From positions 32,001 to 96,000 of the forward strand of contig CAWAPJ010000008.1 of the NCBI GenBank assembly GCA_963783885.1: a stretch of 64,000 nt of DNA, read 5' to 3'. The first letter of the stretch is position 1, and each line of letters begins with the position of its first letter. Below are positions 19,480-28,720 of this stretch, one piece after another. A model generated the notes under the pieces. The model did no database searches and was not told the DNA's origin. It was given only the letters and a program-made list of their open reading frames with translations. A program made the position numbers and the translations under genes. This DNA comes from Waddliaceae bacterium. GTDB lineage: Bacteria; Chlamydiota; Chlamydiia; Chlamydiales; SLFE01.

Positions 19480-20370
19480 TCAAGAAAAATGAGAAAGAGG
19501 CATCACATCCGAAATGGTTGTTTCGCCGTGGCGGAGCATCATCAGGCGGTCAAAACCGACAGCGACCCCAGAGCAGGGGGGGAGTCCTTTCTTAAGGGCC
19601 TTAAGAAAATGATGATCTATGGGGAGGGGTTCTTTTCCCATTTCCTTCCGAATTTTATTAGCTTCAATAAACCGTTGTTTTTGGACATCGGCATCGCAAA
19701 GTTCATCATAGCCGTTAGCCAGTTCCATACCCTGATAATACACTTCAAAACGTTTGGCGCAGTCGTTTTCTATTTTGGCAAGAGCCGCTTGCGTTTTCGG
19801 ATAGTCAGTGATGACGGTGAGTTTATCTTTTCCGAGGCGAGGTTCCACCTTCAAGCCGAGAATGATATTGAGAAGTTCGTCTCTAGTATAAATACCTCTT
19901 GGGAGCCCTGCGAGTTTTCTTAGGTCCTCATCCGAAGCGTCAATATAATCGACCATCGCTTGCCGGTAGGTCATTTGCTCTTGATCGAGGTTTCCGAGAA
20001 AAAGGCGGATAAACTCGCACGTTTCATCGACCATCTGCTGATAGGAGAACCCGACGCGGTACCATTCGGCCATCATGAATTCCGGATTGTGTTTGGGGCC
20101 GAGTTCTGCATCACGGAATACGTGCGAGAGCTGATAGATATCTCCGATTCCTTCCGAGAGGAGCCGTTTCATTCCATATTCCGGCGAAGAGTGGAGGTAA
20201 TACGTATGCCGTTTGTCGTAAGTGGCTGTGATGAGGTCGATGTGGGCGTCGACGGAAGCTTCTTTGCTGAGCATCGGGCAGTCAACTTCAAGAATGCCCC
20301 GCTCTGCAAAAAACCGGCGGCATTTGGCCAGCATGCCCGCGCGGTCTAGCAAAATATCAAGACGAGACAC
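19480..20370 (-). CDS. epmA: EF-P lysine aminoacylase EpmA (GenX/PoxA)
   Basis: LHSSPEYGMKRLL, HNPEFMMAEWYR, ELANGYDEL and GVAVGFDRL motifs; no anticodon domain; overlaps efp. Confidence 0.95.
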   Translation of the reverse strand: MSRLDILLDRAGMLAKCRRFFAERGILEVDCPMLSKEASVDAHIDLITATYDKRHTYYLHSSPEYGMKRLLSEGIGDIYQLSHVFRDAELGPKHNPEFMMAEWYRVGFSYQQMVDETCEFIRLFLGNLDQEQMTYRQAMVDYIDASDEDLRKLAGLPRGIYTRDELLNIILGLKVEPRLGKDKLTVITDYPKTQAALAKIENDCAKRFEVYYQGMELANGYDELCDADVQKQRFIEANKIRKEMGKEPLPIDHHFLKALKKGLPPCSGVAVGFDRLMMLRHGETTISDVMPLSHFS

Positions 20371-20929
20371 GGGAGTCGTAAGAGCCGGTTCGGGTATCGA
20401 TTTTGACGATTTCGCCCTCGTTGACGAATATCGGAATTTGTACTTGGGCGCCTGTTTCCAGTGTTGCGGGTTTCATCACCCGCCCCGATGCTGTATCTCC
20501 CCTCACTCCGGGCGCTGTTTCGGTGACCTTCAGTTCCATGAATGTCGGCGGCTCGACGGCGATGGGGGACCCTTTATAGAAGACAATGTCGTAGACGACT
20601 TCTTCTTTGAGCCACTTTTTGGATTCTCCCAGCTGTTCAAAAGTGACGGTGACCTGGTCGTAGGTTTCATCATCCATAAAAACAGCGCCGTGCTGGTCTG
20701 TGTAGAGCAGCCGTTTGTAGGTTTCCTCGATATCGGCGAGATCCAGTTTTTCACCGGACTTAAAAGTTTTTTCAACAACCCGATTAGTGAGTAAATTTTT
20801 TAATTTAATTCGGTTAAAAGCCTGACCTTTTCCCGGCTTGACAAATTCGTTGGCGACGACCACAAAAGGCTGGGATTCAAGTTCGATTTTAAATCCGGGT
20901 CTGATTTCATTTGTCGTCACCTGCGCCAT
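20357..20929 (-). CDS. efp: Elongation factor P
   Basis: KPGKGQAF, PGVRGDTA, KPATLETG and IDTRTGSY motifs. Confidence 0.97.
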   Translation of the reverse strand: MAQVTTNEIRPGFKIELESQPFVVVANEFVKPGKGQAFNRIKLKNLLTNRVVEKTFKSGEKLDLADIEETYKRLLYTDQHGAVFMDDETYDQVTVTFEQLGESKKWLKEEVVYDIVFYKGSPIAVEPPTFMELKVTETAPGVRGDTASGRVMKPATLETGAQVQIPIFVNEGEIVKIDTRTGSYDSRVSS

Positions 20930-20991
20930 AAATTTGTCCTTGAGTTTTTTAATTTAAGAAAACACTATAGCAGAAAAAGGATTTATTTCAA

Positions 20992-21180
20992 ATGTGGCCA
21001 AAGAAGTATAAGGATTACCCCATTGATACCCCGCTAAAGCATCAGACAGTCGAGCCTGGCAAGGGGATCATTGGCGCTGAAATGAACGACATCAATGGGT
21101 GGGGCGGGGAGCATCACATCTATCGCAAGCGGAAAAAGGGGCTTTTTGCTCGTCTATTCGGCAGGAGAAAATCGCCTTGA
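20992..21180 (+). CDS. Small hypothetical protein (62 aa)
   Basis: ATG after an AAGGA-like RBS, divergent from efp; its stop overlaps the next gene's TTG start. Confidence 0.55.
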   Translation: MWPKKYKDYPIDTPLKHQTVEPGKGIIGAEMNDINGWGGEHHIYRKRKKGLFARLFGRRKSP

Positions 21181-21383
21181 GCAGCAAAGGATCGCACACA
21201 TGGGATATCGTTATCGACTACCAGGCATGTCCTGAGTGCGGCTATATCAATGAAGACCGGCAGAAATACCGCTATGAAATGGGCGAATACGTCAAGGAAG
21301 TTACATGCTCTCGCTGCGGGCACAGCTTCACGGCCAAAAAATTCCACCGCCACAAATTCGGTCCTATCTGGGATTACGAGTGA
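21177..21383 (+). CDS. Small zinc-ribbon protein
   Basis: CPECG...CSRCG cysteine pairs; RBS AGGAG before TTG 21177. Confidence 0.7.
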   Translation: MSSKGSHTWDIVIDYQACPECGYINEDRQKYRYEMGEYVKEVTCSRCGHSFTAKKFHRHKFGPIWDYE

Positions 21384-21405
21384 TAACTGAAATAATCTGC
21401 ATAAT

Positions 21406-21472
21406 GAGGGAATTGCAAAACTAATGCAAAACCGATTTTTGAGCGCTTTTGCATTAGTTTTGCAATTCCCTC
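21406..21472. repeat. 26-bp perfect inverted repeat with a 15-nt loop
   Basis: GAGGGAATTGCAAAACTAATGCAAAA / TTTTGCATTAGTTTTGCAATTCCCTC. Confidence 0.9.
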
Positions 21473-21491
21473 TAATAACAAACTCCATCTT

Positions 21492-21650
21492 GTACCCTAT
21501 CAACTTTGTATTGATAAGTGAGACGATGAGACTTTTGTGACTGCCGAAGCGTGGAGATCGAAGGAAACTTAGTCAAGTTTCCGAGATCGAACGCAATGGC
21601 AGTTGCGAAAAGGTCGAGTCTCACTTATCAATACAAAGTTGATAGGGTAC
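21492..21650. mobile_element. MITE-like palindromic element (159 bp) with 33-bp perfect terminal inverted repeats
   Basis: GTACCCTATCAACTTTGTATTGATAAGTGAGAC and its exact reverse complement form the ends; the interior is also self-complementary; non-coding. Confidence 0.7.
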
Positions 21651-21767
21651 TAGCCTTAAATCACCCTGTACCTCCTTCTATATAAAGGGTTGTAGTCATT
21701 TCTTTAATGTTGAGAAAGGAATTTCTATGTTATTTATTATGAAATATTACCTTGAAATTAATACAGT

Positions 21768-22580
21768 ATGTTTATACTATCTATAACTATGAATCAAAAA
21801 AACAATATAACAAACATCTGTTCGGATAACCTCTATCTGATTCTTCAATCAGTTAATGACGATAGGGTTATGAGGCAAGTTTGCAGTCAGTGGATGTCTT
21901 TGATCGAGTATCGTAACGAAGTTCTTTTCAACAGGATATTGAACAACTGCGGCGAAAGCGATCGGAAAACTATAGAAATTCACGCGAGTGGACAAAAAAC
22001 TTTTTTTGGCAGGATATCGACTTTGCGGATGATTTGGCCGATGAAAAAATTTGGGGTCAAGAATTCAGGTGATTGGGTCGGGCTGTTTGAGACTCTTCCC
22101 AAAAAAAATCCAGAAGAGCTCAGAAACTTTATTCAAACCATTAAAGACAATCATGGCAAAATCAAAAAAGTTCATATCGCTTTTAAAAATTCCTTAAAAG
22201 AATCACTGAAATATCAAAACCCCCTTGATACAATTTTGCTGGCGGCAAATGCCCTCAGATCGATCAAAGAACTAGACCTTAGAAATTCTCAGCTTAAAGA
22301 ACTTCCCTCCTCGATTAAGTACGTATCAAACCTCATTACACTTAATGTATATGATAACTATCTGAAGACCCTGCCTGAAGAAATAGGAGAATTGAAACAA
22401 CTGAAAAAATTGAACGCCGCTTACAACTGCATCAAAACCCTTCCAGCGGCTTTGGCTCAGTTGGCGGCGCTGCAAGAACTCAATCTCCTTGCAAATGACT
22501 CACTCAAGGACTACCCCTCCCCCCTTGATGAGATGAAAAATCGGGAGGGGCTCAAAATTTTAGTCCACCAGTCCGCGTAA
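21768..22580 (+). CDS. F-box-like plus leucine-rich repeat protein (putative effector)
   Basis: N-terminal ICSDNLYLILQSV...MRQVCSQWMSL resembles an F-box. C-terminal LxxLxLxxNxLxxLP repeats. Confidence 0.75.
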   Translation: MFILSITMNQKNNITNICSDNLYLILQSVNDDRVMRQVCSQWMSLIEYRNEVLFNRILNNCGESDRKTIEIHASGQKTFFGRISTLRMIWPMKKFGVKNSGDWVGLFETLPKKNPEELRNFIQTIKDNHGKIKKVHIAFKNSLKESLKYQNPLDTILLAANALRSIKELDLRNSQLKELPSSIKYVSNLITLNVYDNYLKTLPEEIGELKQLKKLNAAYNCIKTLPAALAQLAALQELNLLANDSLKDYPSPLDEMKNREGLKILVHQSA

Positions 22581-23753
22581 ATAACGGACCATTTCACCAA
22601 AATCTTTAATGTCGTTTGCTTCAAAGGCTCTCTTCATGGGATCTAAATGACCTGTCAACCATGTTTCAAGATCTTTGAGCATATCAGAATCAACCGGCTG
22701 TTCTTCGCCGCTTGCCTTTTTAACAGCTTCGTTTAGGGTTTCTTGGTTTGAGTTGTACTCATTTTTTAAGGACCTGTAAACTTCTAAAGCGATATAGGCG
22801 GATTTATAGCGAAGGGTGAAGGTTGTTGCCTTAAGTACTGCTTTTAGCCGATCGCCGTGTACGCTCAGCCACTTCTCGAACTGTTCTTTGAGATCTTGGC
22901 TGATTTGAGTATTTTCGCGATAGTTCTCTTGAGCTTTTTCATAGGCTTCGACAATTTCTTGGTCTTCAAACTTTTCTTTGTTTGATAGGCAAAAATATGT
23001 CAAAAATGCCAAAGCTTCCTCCTTATTTTTAAAAGGAACAGGATCTTTCAAGCCAAAGTCTTCTTTTATCTTGTCAACTTGTTCTTGAGTGATTGGCATC
23101 GGATCTTTCTTGTCCTCTTTTTCCGGGAGCGTCTTATTACTGAACCAATATTGAAGAAGCAAGTTGAGGCTGATAGTGAAGGCAAATCCACCAGCTCCTC
23201 CAAGACTCCAGGAAGTATAAAGAACGGCTTTTTCAAGCAAAGCGTTTGCGACAAATTTTGATATAATTGAACTGGCAACCCCTCTCCCTAAGAAAAGCAG
23301 CGTTCCATTTTCTAATGTGAGGTAAAGAAATTCCGGCATTTTTCTTATTGCAAGGCCTTTGATTTGCCAAGCAAGGACGGTTGCGCTTAATCCGGCAAAA
23401 GTATTGGGAGGGATTGATAACTTGATGACACGATCGGTGAAATTCATGACGCTTATGGCGCTGTTGCACACAATATCTTTTGCGGGAAGGATAAAATCGA
23501 TAGCCAATTGCGAAACACCTTGCAGCTGCTCAGCTCCAATGCACGTGGTCCTAACGATTGATGACAGATATCCCGGATTGGGATTGGCAAATTCAACGTT
23601 TTTTCCATAGCCGAGCAGCACCCAATCGTGAATTGACATTTCATCATTCTCCGCCGCTTGGGGATCTGCAAGGACAACAATTTGCCCCTGAGATTCAGTA
23701 CTGCTCTCGACAGGTGTATAATTAGTAATTATTTTTTTATCTAATGGTTCCAT
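22560..23753 (-). CDS. Hypothetical protein with central hydrophobic segments and a C-terminal helical region
   Basis: 397-aa ORF with an RBS-like AAGGA upstream; no recognised family. Confidence 0.7.
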   Translation of the reverse strand: MEPLDKKIITNYTPVESSTESQGQIVVLADPQAAENDEMSIHDWVLLGYGKNVEFANPNPGYLSSIVRTTCIGAEQLQGVSQLAIDFILPAKDIVCNSAISVMNFTDRVIKLSIPPNTFAGLSATVLAWQIKGLAIRKMPEFLYLTLENGTLLFLGRGVASSIISKFVANALLEKAVLYTSWSLGGAGGFAFTISLNLLLQYWFSNKTLPEKEDKKDPMPITQEQVDKIKEDFGLKDPVPFKNKEEALAFLTYFCLSNKEKFEDQEIVEAYEKAQENYRENTQISQDLKEQFEKWLSVHGDRLKAVLKATTFTLRYKSAYIALEVYRSLKNEYNSNQETLNEAVKKASGEEQPVDSDMLKDLETWLTGHLDPMKRAFEANDIKDFGEMVRYLRGLVD

Positions 23754-23913
23754 AATAAAATTATCCTTAAAATGTTATTGCTTTATTCGTATTATAGAAA
23801 TCAGATAATAACATAAAATTAAATATTTATAAAGATTTAATTAAATTTGGCTTTGTTGCGTAATTAACCACAGAGCTCACAAGAGCGCACAGAGAGAATA
23901 TGAGAGATTTGAT

Positions 23914-24858
23914 TTAAGCTGCTATTAATTCACTTTCAGGCATTCCCAGCTTTGTCATTATATTTAGTGCTTCACATTTTGCCCTTGATTCAGCCCTTTG
24001 GGTTTCCAGAGTTCTACTTCTTAAATCATTTCCAAAGAATCGTTTAAATCTAAACATGGCTGTTTCTGCAAGTGATCGACGATGATAACCTTTCAACTTT
24101 TTCCATAATTTTCTTGCATCATCATCACCTCCTAAACCTGAAATTTCCAGCAAACTGATATTCCGCATCTTCCAAGAAGGAGATATGTTTTCTCGAAAAA
24201 CAGCATTCCTATTGGGTGGAATAATAGGAATTGAGCCGTGAACTACATTTGCAGCATAGCATCGCTTAGTATCATAAGCCCCATCTCCATATGTGCGCTT
24301 AACTGATTTCGGCATTACCTCGAGAAGTTTTGGATACACTTCACAATCTGCAACGTTATTTTCAGTAAGAATTTCGAAAATAATTTCGTGAGAGTCAGGG
24401 CAGACTGCCAGATGGAGCTTTCTCCATGTTCGCCTTTTACTGATTCCATGCTGCCTAACTTTCCATTCACCCTCTCCGTACACTTTCAAACCGGTTGAAT
24501 CGATTACAATATTGGTGACTTTTTTTTTCGAAAGTTTCTTCAACTCTTGCCCCAACAACTTAGCTCTGCGACAAATTTGAGTATAAGAAGGAATCGATAA
24601 ACCAACAGATAAAATCATAACAAGAGATGTCAAAAATCCTTCGAGTGCTCTCAATGGAAGATGAAAAACCGATCGAATAATGAGCGCGGTGAGAATAGCG
24701 TCATCAGAATAGAGTTTTGGACGCCCCTTTTTTCCTATTTCTTTTGGAGCCATCCACTTATTGATAGCATCTTCAGAAAACCAAACAGTTATGCTTCCCC
24801 TTTGAATAAGAGATTTGTTATAGTCGTTCCAGTTGCGAATGCGATATTTTGCCTTCAT
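23914..24858 (-). CDS. IS5 family (IS903-like) DDE transposase
   Basis: YRIRNWNDYNKSLIQRGSITVW, IDSTGLKVYGEGEW, WRKLHLAV, DGAYD and GYHRRSLAETAMFRFK motifs. Confidence 0.97.
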   Translation of the reverse strand: MKAKYRIRNWNDYNKSLIQRGSITVWFSEDAINKWMAPKEIGKKGRPKLYSDDAILTALIIRSVFHLPLRALEGFLTSLVMILSVGLSIPSYTQICRRAKLLGQELKKLSKKKVTNIVIDSTGLKVYGEGEWKVRQHGISKRRTWRKLHLAVCPDSHEIIFEILTENNVADCEVYPKLLEVMPKSVKRTYGDGAYDTKRCYAANVVHGSIPIIPPNRNAVFRENISPSWKMRNISLLEISGLGGDDDARKLWKKLKGYHRRSLAETAMFRFKRFFGNDLRSRTLETQRAESRAKCEALNIMTKLGMPESELIAA

Positions 24859-24942
24859 CTTGATCCTCCAATTTGTTGCAACTAAAAATTAGAGTATTAG
24901 GTATTTGTCGGCAAGCTCGCATTCGCCCTTTTTGGAGAAAAG

Positions 24943-25347
24943 ATGACTAGTACCCACACAACTGAAGAAGCCAACCAAAAAAGAAATGACCTTTTAACAG
25001 GGGAAATCATAGGTGCTGCGATTGAAGTTCATCGAAGATTAGGTCCAGGCTTGCTTGAATCGACATACGAAACTTGTCTTTGCTACGAGTTGAACCTTGC
25101 GGGTTTGAAAGTTAACCGGCAGATATCAGTACCTATTAATCGTGATAAAAAGCTAGACTCAGGCTACCGGATCGATATGATAGTGGAAGATAAGGTTATT
25201 TTGGAGATAAAATCTGTGGCCAATCTCTTGCCTGTTCATGAGGCCCAACTTCTATCCTATCTTAAGCATAATGGTGGTGGCAGAGGTTTGCTCATCAATT
25301 TCAATGTAAAACTTCTAAAAAATGGGATTAGGCGTCTAATCATTTAA
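24943..25347 (+). CDS. GxxExxY protein (PD-(D/E)XK nuclease fold)
   Basis: IIGAAIEVHRRLGPGLLESTYE, YRIDMIVEDKVILEIKSV, HEAQLLSYLK and GLLINF motifs. Confidence 0.95.
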   Translation: MTSTHTTEEANQKRNDLLTGEIIGAAIEVHRRLGPGLLESTYETCLCYELNLAGLKVNRQISVPINRDKKLDSGYRIDMIVEDKVILEIKSVANLLPVHEAQLLSYLKHNGGGRGLLINFNVKLLKNGIRRLII

Positions 25348-25480
25348 TTCCTCTCTCATAATCTCTCAGTGAGCTCGGTGGTCTCAGTGGTGATTTATGC
25401 AACAACGCCATTAAATTTTAATGATGCGTGAATTCACGCTAGCGACCATTCCTATTGCCACTTTTCATTAGGCAATAAAA

Positions 25481-28400
25481 TCATTCAGACAACATTTCCA
25501 TCAGCTGCTTTTCCCATTCTTTGGGAGTGCTGACGGGTTTGAAGAGCTTTTGCGAGACTTGTTTTTTCTTTTCTATGCGAACCGAAACTTTGGAGACTTT
25601 GATGGTGTTGATTCCCTTTAAGGCGGCGGTGGTTTTGACGCGGGACATGTGGATGAGCCATTCGGCAGGCTCTGGAAGGGGGCCGAAACGGTCGATGAGC
25701 TCTTCGGAAATGGCGTCGACTTCTTCGAGGGAGACGGCTTCGCCAAGGCGCTGATAAAACTCCATGCGAAGCGATGGTTCGTTGACGTAAGTGTCGGGAA
25801 GGCGGGCGTCGATCGGGGCTTCGATTTTTGTCTCGGTAAAGGTGGCGGGGGTTTTTCCTTTGAGTGTTTGGACGGCCCTTTTTAGCCACTTGCAGTATTG
25901 GTGGAAGCCGATCGTTTCGACTTGGCCCGACTGCTCTTCTCCAAGGATGTTTCCCGCTCCGCGAATTTCTAAGTCGCGAAGGGCGACTTTCATTCCTCCG
26001 CCGTATCCCGATGTTTCGGCAAGGGCGGCGAGGCGGCGGCGCGAGAGGGCGGCGAGGGTGCTGAGTTTGGGGACCATGAAGTAGGCGTAGGCCTGGCGGT
26101 TCCAGCGGCCGACGCGGCCTCTTAGCTGGTAGAGTTCGGCAATGCCGAAGCGGTCGGCGCGGTCGATAAGAATGGTATTGGCGTTGGGTATGTCGATGCC
26201 GTTTTCGACGATTGTTGTCGCCAGCAAAATATCGGCTTTGCCGCTTTTGAATGTGTGGAAGACGGTGTCGATCTCCTGGGCGCTCATCTGTCCGTGGCCG
26301 ACGATGACGCGGGCGTGTGGGAGGATTTTTTTTATGCGGGTTGCGAGGTTGTAAATCGTATCGACGCGGTTGTGGATCACAAATGCCTGGCCGTCGCGGG
26401 ACAGCTCGCGTAAAAGCGCGCTCTTGAGCAGATCGTCGCTAAGCTCTGCGATGACGGTTTTGATCGGGATGCGGTCCTGGGGCGGGGTATTGATGACGGA
26501 TAAGTCGCGGGCTCCCATCAGGGACATATAGAGTGTCCTTGGTATAGGCGTTGCTGTGAGTGTCAGGCAGTCGACCCCTGTTTTGATCTTTTTCAGGTGT
26601 TCTTTTGCCCGGACGCCGAAACGCTGCTCTTCGTCGATAATCACAAGGCCCAAATCCTTGAAAACAATGTCTGGACTGGTGATGCGGTGGGTGCCGATCA
26701 AAATATCGACGGTTCCCTTCTCCACTCCTTCCAGGACTTCTTTTGTTTTTTTTGTCTTTTGAAAACGAGAGAGCACTTGGACGTTAATGGGAAAGTCGCG
26801 CATCCTTTCGGAGAAGTTTTCGTAGTGCTGCATGGCCAAAACGGTTGTCGGCACCAAAATGGCGACCTGTTTTCCTCCGTCGACCACGGCTTTGAAGGCG
26901 GCTCTCATGGCCACTTCGGTTTTTCCGTACCCCACATCGCCGCAGACGAGGCGGTCCATCGCTTTGCTTGATGACATGTCCTGTTTGACAGAGGCGATGG
27001 CGTCTATCTGGTCTTTGGTTTCGATAAAGGGGAATTCGTCTTCGAAAGCAGTGAGATCTTCGCTTCCTTCGGGATATTCGAAACCGGGGGTGATAGAGCG
27101 GTTGGCATAGAGCTCGAGAAGGTCGGAAGCGTAGCCCATAATGGCTGCTTGAGTTTTTTCTTTGGCCCGTTTCCATTTGACGCTTCCAAGAGTGTGCATT
27201 TTGGGGGCTTCTTCGGATGTGCCGATATACTTGGTGAGAAAATGGGCCTGGTTCATGGGAACGTAAAGGCGGGCATTGTCGGCATATTCGAGAAGGAAGT
27301 ATTCATTCATGGCGCCGCTTGCGTCGGGGCGTCTTTCCATTCCCAGATATCTGCCGATGCCGTTTTGCAAGTGGACTACCATATCGCCGGGAGTGAGTTC
27401 ATACGATTCCGACGGGGGAGTGTGGTAGGTGCTGCGGTGTTTTTGTCTTCGGATTTTGTAGCGGTGTGTAATCTCAGTGAGGGAGAAAATCACTCTTTTC
27501 TCCTGGGGAATGATAAATCCCGAAGAGAGATAGCCTAAAGAGACATCTTTATGAAAAATATTTCTTCCGGCAAGTTTTTTTTCAAATGCGTGTTTCTCCA
27601 CTTCACCGGAACAGAGTATCTGCCAGGTATCGGTAAGGTGCGGGTCGGCAAGGGTTTCCAGAACTTCTTCTTCCGAGGTCCCCTCATCGGAAAATTTAAC
27701 AAAAGGCGATTGGAATCTTTTGGCTTTGAATTTTCTGAGAAACATCTCGAAACCGATCGCATAGATTGGATTTTGTTTCGAGTAAAGGCTTCCCGAGACA
27801 TTTTCGAGAATTTCAATCTCGCTGAGCTGCTCAATGTTTGTTTGTGTGAGAAAAATTTTCTGAAAGGAATTCAATTCCTCAAGAAACTCTTCAATACTGC
27901 AAAAATAGGAGGAGCTTCTGCCTGCCATGCCGGTCAGCTTGGCGTAGCGGTCCTCGAGCGCGGTGAGGTTGTCGAGAATCACAATCGTCTCTTTGCCCAG
28001 ATAGTCGAGGATTGTGCTGAGTTTGGGGGCATTTTCGAGCAGCTCTAGCTCTTTGGCGGGGTTGATGCTGACGCTTTCGATTTTCTTGATCGATTTTTGT
28101 CCGATGGGATCGTAAATGCGGAGGGATTCGATCTCGTCTCCCCAAAATTCGATGCGGTAAGGGTCGGGCGATGATACGGGAAATATGTCGATGATGCCGC
28201 CCCGAACGGCATATTCTCCTTTGTCGGAGGCGACAGGCCGCCTTTCATAACCCATGCGCTCAAAGTGTTCAAGGAGGTCGTCGAAGGGAAGAGCTTCGCC
28301 GATCTGCAATTGGAAATGGAGCGAGTGGAAAAGAGAGGGATCTATCAGCTTTTGCAAGGAGGCTTGAAGGCTGGTGAGTATGATGTGGGGCTTTTGGGTA

Positions 28401-28720
28401 GTGACAATTTTTTCCAGGACTTCATAGCGTTCGCCGACAATGTCCGGACTTGGAGGAACTTTTTCCGACGGCAGGGTTTCCCAAGCGGGAAAGTCGACGA
28501 CAGGGGTGTCGGTAAAAAAACCGAAATCATGGAATAGGGCGGCCTCTTCACGGCTGGCCCCAGTCAGGATCAAAATGTGCTTTCCTGTAATTTTTTGCGC
28601 AAGGGAAGACAGATAAGCTTTGGGAGAATCCCAGAGCTCTTCGATTAATATATCATGATTTTCACTCAAAGCCTTTCGAAAAGGTTCGAGTACAGGTAAA
28701 GAAAATAAGTCTTCGGTCAC
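25481..28720 (-). CDS. mfd: Transcription-repair coupling factor
   Basis: [46 protein letters not shown] and QLRGRVGR motifs. Confidence 0.97.
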   Translation of the reverse strand: MTEDLFSLPVLEPFRKALSENHDILIEELWDSPKAYLSSLAQKITGKHILILTGASREEAALFHDFGFFTDTPVVDFPAWETLPSEKVPPSPDIVGERYEVLEKIVTTQKPHIILTSLQASLQKLIDPSLFHSLHFQLQIGEALPFDDLLEHFERMGYERRPVASDKGEYAVRGGIIDIFPVSSPDPYRIEFWGDEIESLRIYDPIGQKSIKKIESVSINPAKELELLENAPKLSTILDYLGKETIVILDNLTALEDRYAKLTGMAGRSSSYFCSIEEFLEELNSFQKIFLTQTNIEQLSEIEILENVSGSLYSKQNPIYAIGFEMFLRKFKAKRFQSPFVKFSDEGTSEEEVLETLADPHLTDTWQILCSGEVEKHAFEKKLAGRNIFHKDVSLGYLSSGFIIPQEKRVIFSLTEITHRYKIRRQKHRSTYHTPPSESYELTPGDMVVHLQNGIGRYLGMERRPDASGAMNEYFLLEYADNARLYVPMNQAHFLTKYIGTSEEAPKMHTLGSVKWKRAKEKTQAAIMGYASDLLELYANRSITPGFEYPEGSEDLTAFEDEFPFIETKDQIDAIASVKQDMSSSKAMDRLVCGDVGYGKTEVAMRAAFKAVVDGGKQVAILVPTTVLAMQHYENFSERMRDFPINVQVLSRFQKTKKTKEVLEGVEKGTVDILIGTHRITSPDIVFKDLGLVIIDEEQRFGVRAKEHLKKIKTGVDCLTLTATPIPRTLYMSLMGARDLSVINTPPQDRIPIKTVIAELSDDLLKSALLRELSRDGQAFVIHNRVDTIYNLATRIKKILPHARVIVGHGQMSAQEIDTVFHTFKSGKADILLATTIVENGIDIPNANTILIDRADRFGIAELYQLRGRVGRWNRQAYAYFMVPKLSTLAALSRRRLAALAETSGYGGGMKVALRDLEIRGAGNILGEEQSGQVETIGFHQYCKWLKRAVQTLKGKTPATFTETKIEAPIDARLPDTYVNEPSLRMEFYQRLGEAVSLEEVDAISEELIDRFGPLPEPAEWLIHMSRVKTTAALKGINTIKVSKVSVRIEKKKQVSQKLFKPVSTPKEWEKQLMEMLSE

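Larger units (their letters stand above)
23849..25409. mobile_element. IS5-family (IS903 group) element, 1561 bp, carrying a GxxExxY passenger gene
   Basis: Ends GGCTTTGTTGCGTAA and TTATGCAACAACGCC resemble the IS903 IR. Perfect 9-bp direct repeat ATTAAATTT at 23840-23848 and 25410-25418. The imperfect IR extends to ~58 bp. Confidence 0.9.

Noticed and set aside
24869-24890. TTTGTTGCAAC between the transposase and GxxExxY as a possible internal IS end
   Set aside because: It lacks the terminal GGC and has no adjacent target duplication. The outer ends with the 9-bp TSD define the element. It may be a decayed remnant but this cannot be supported.
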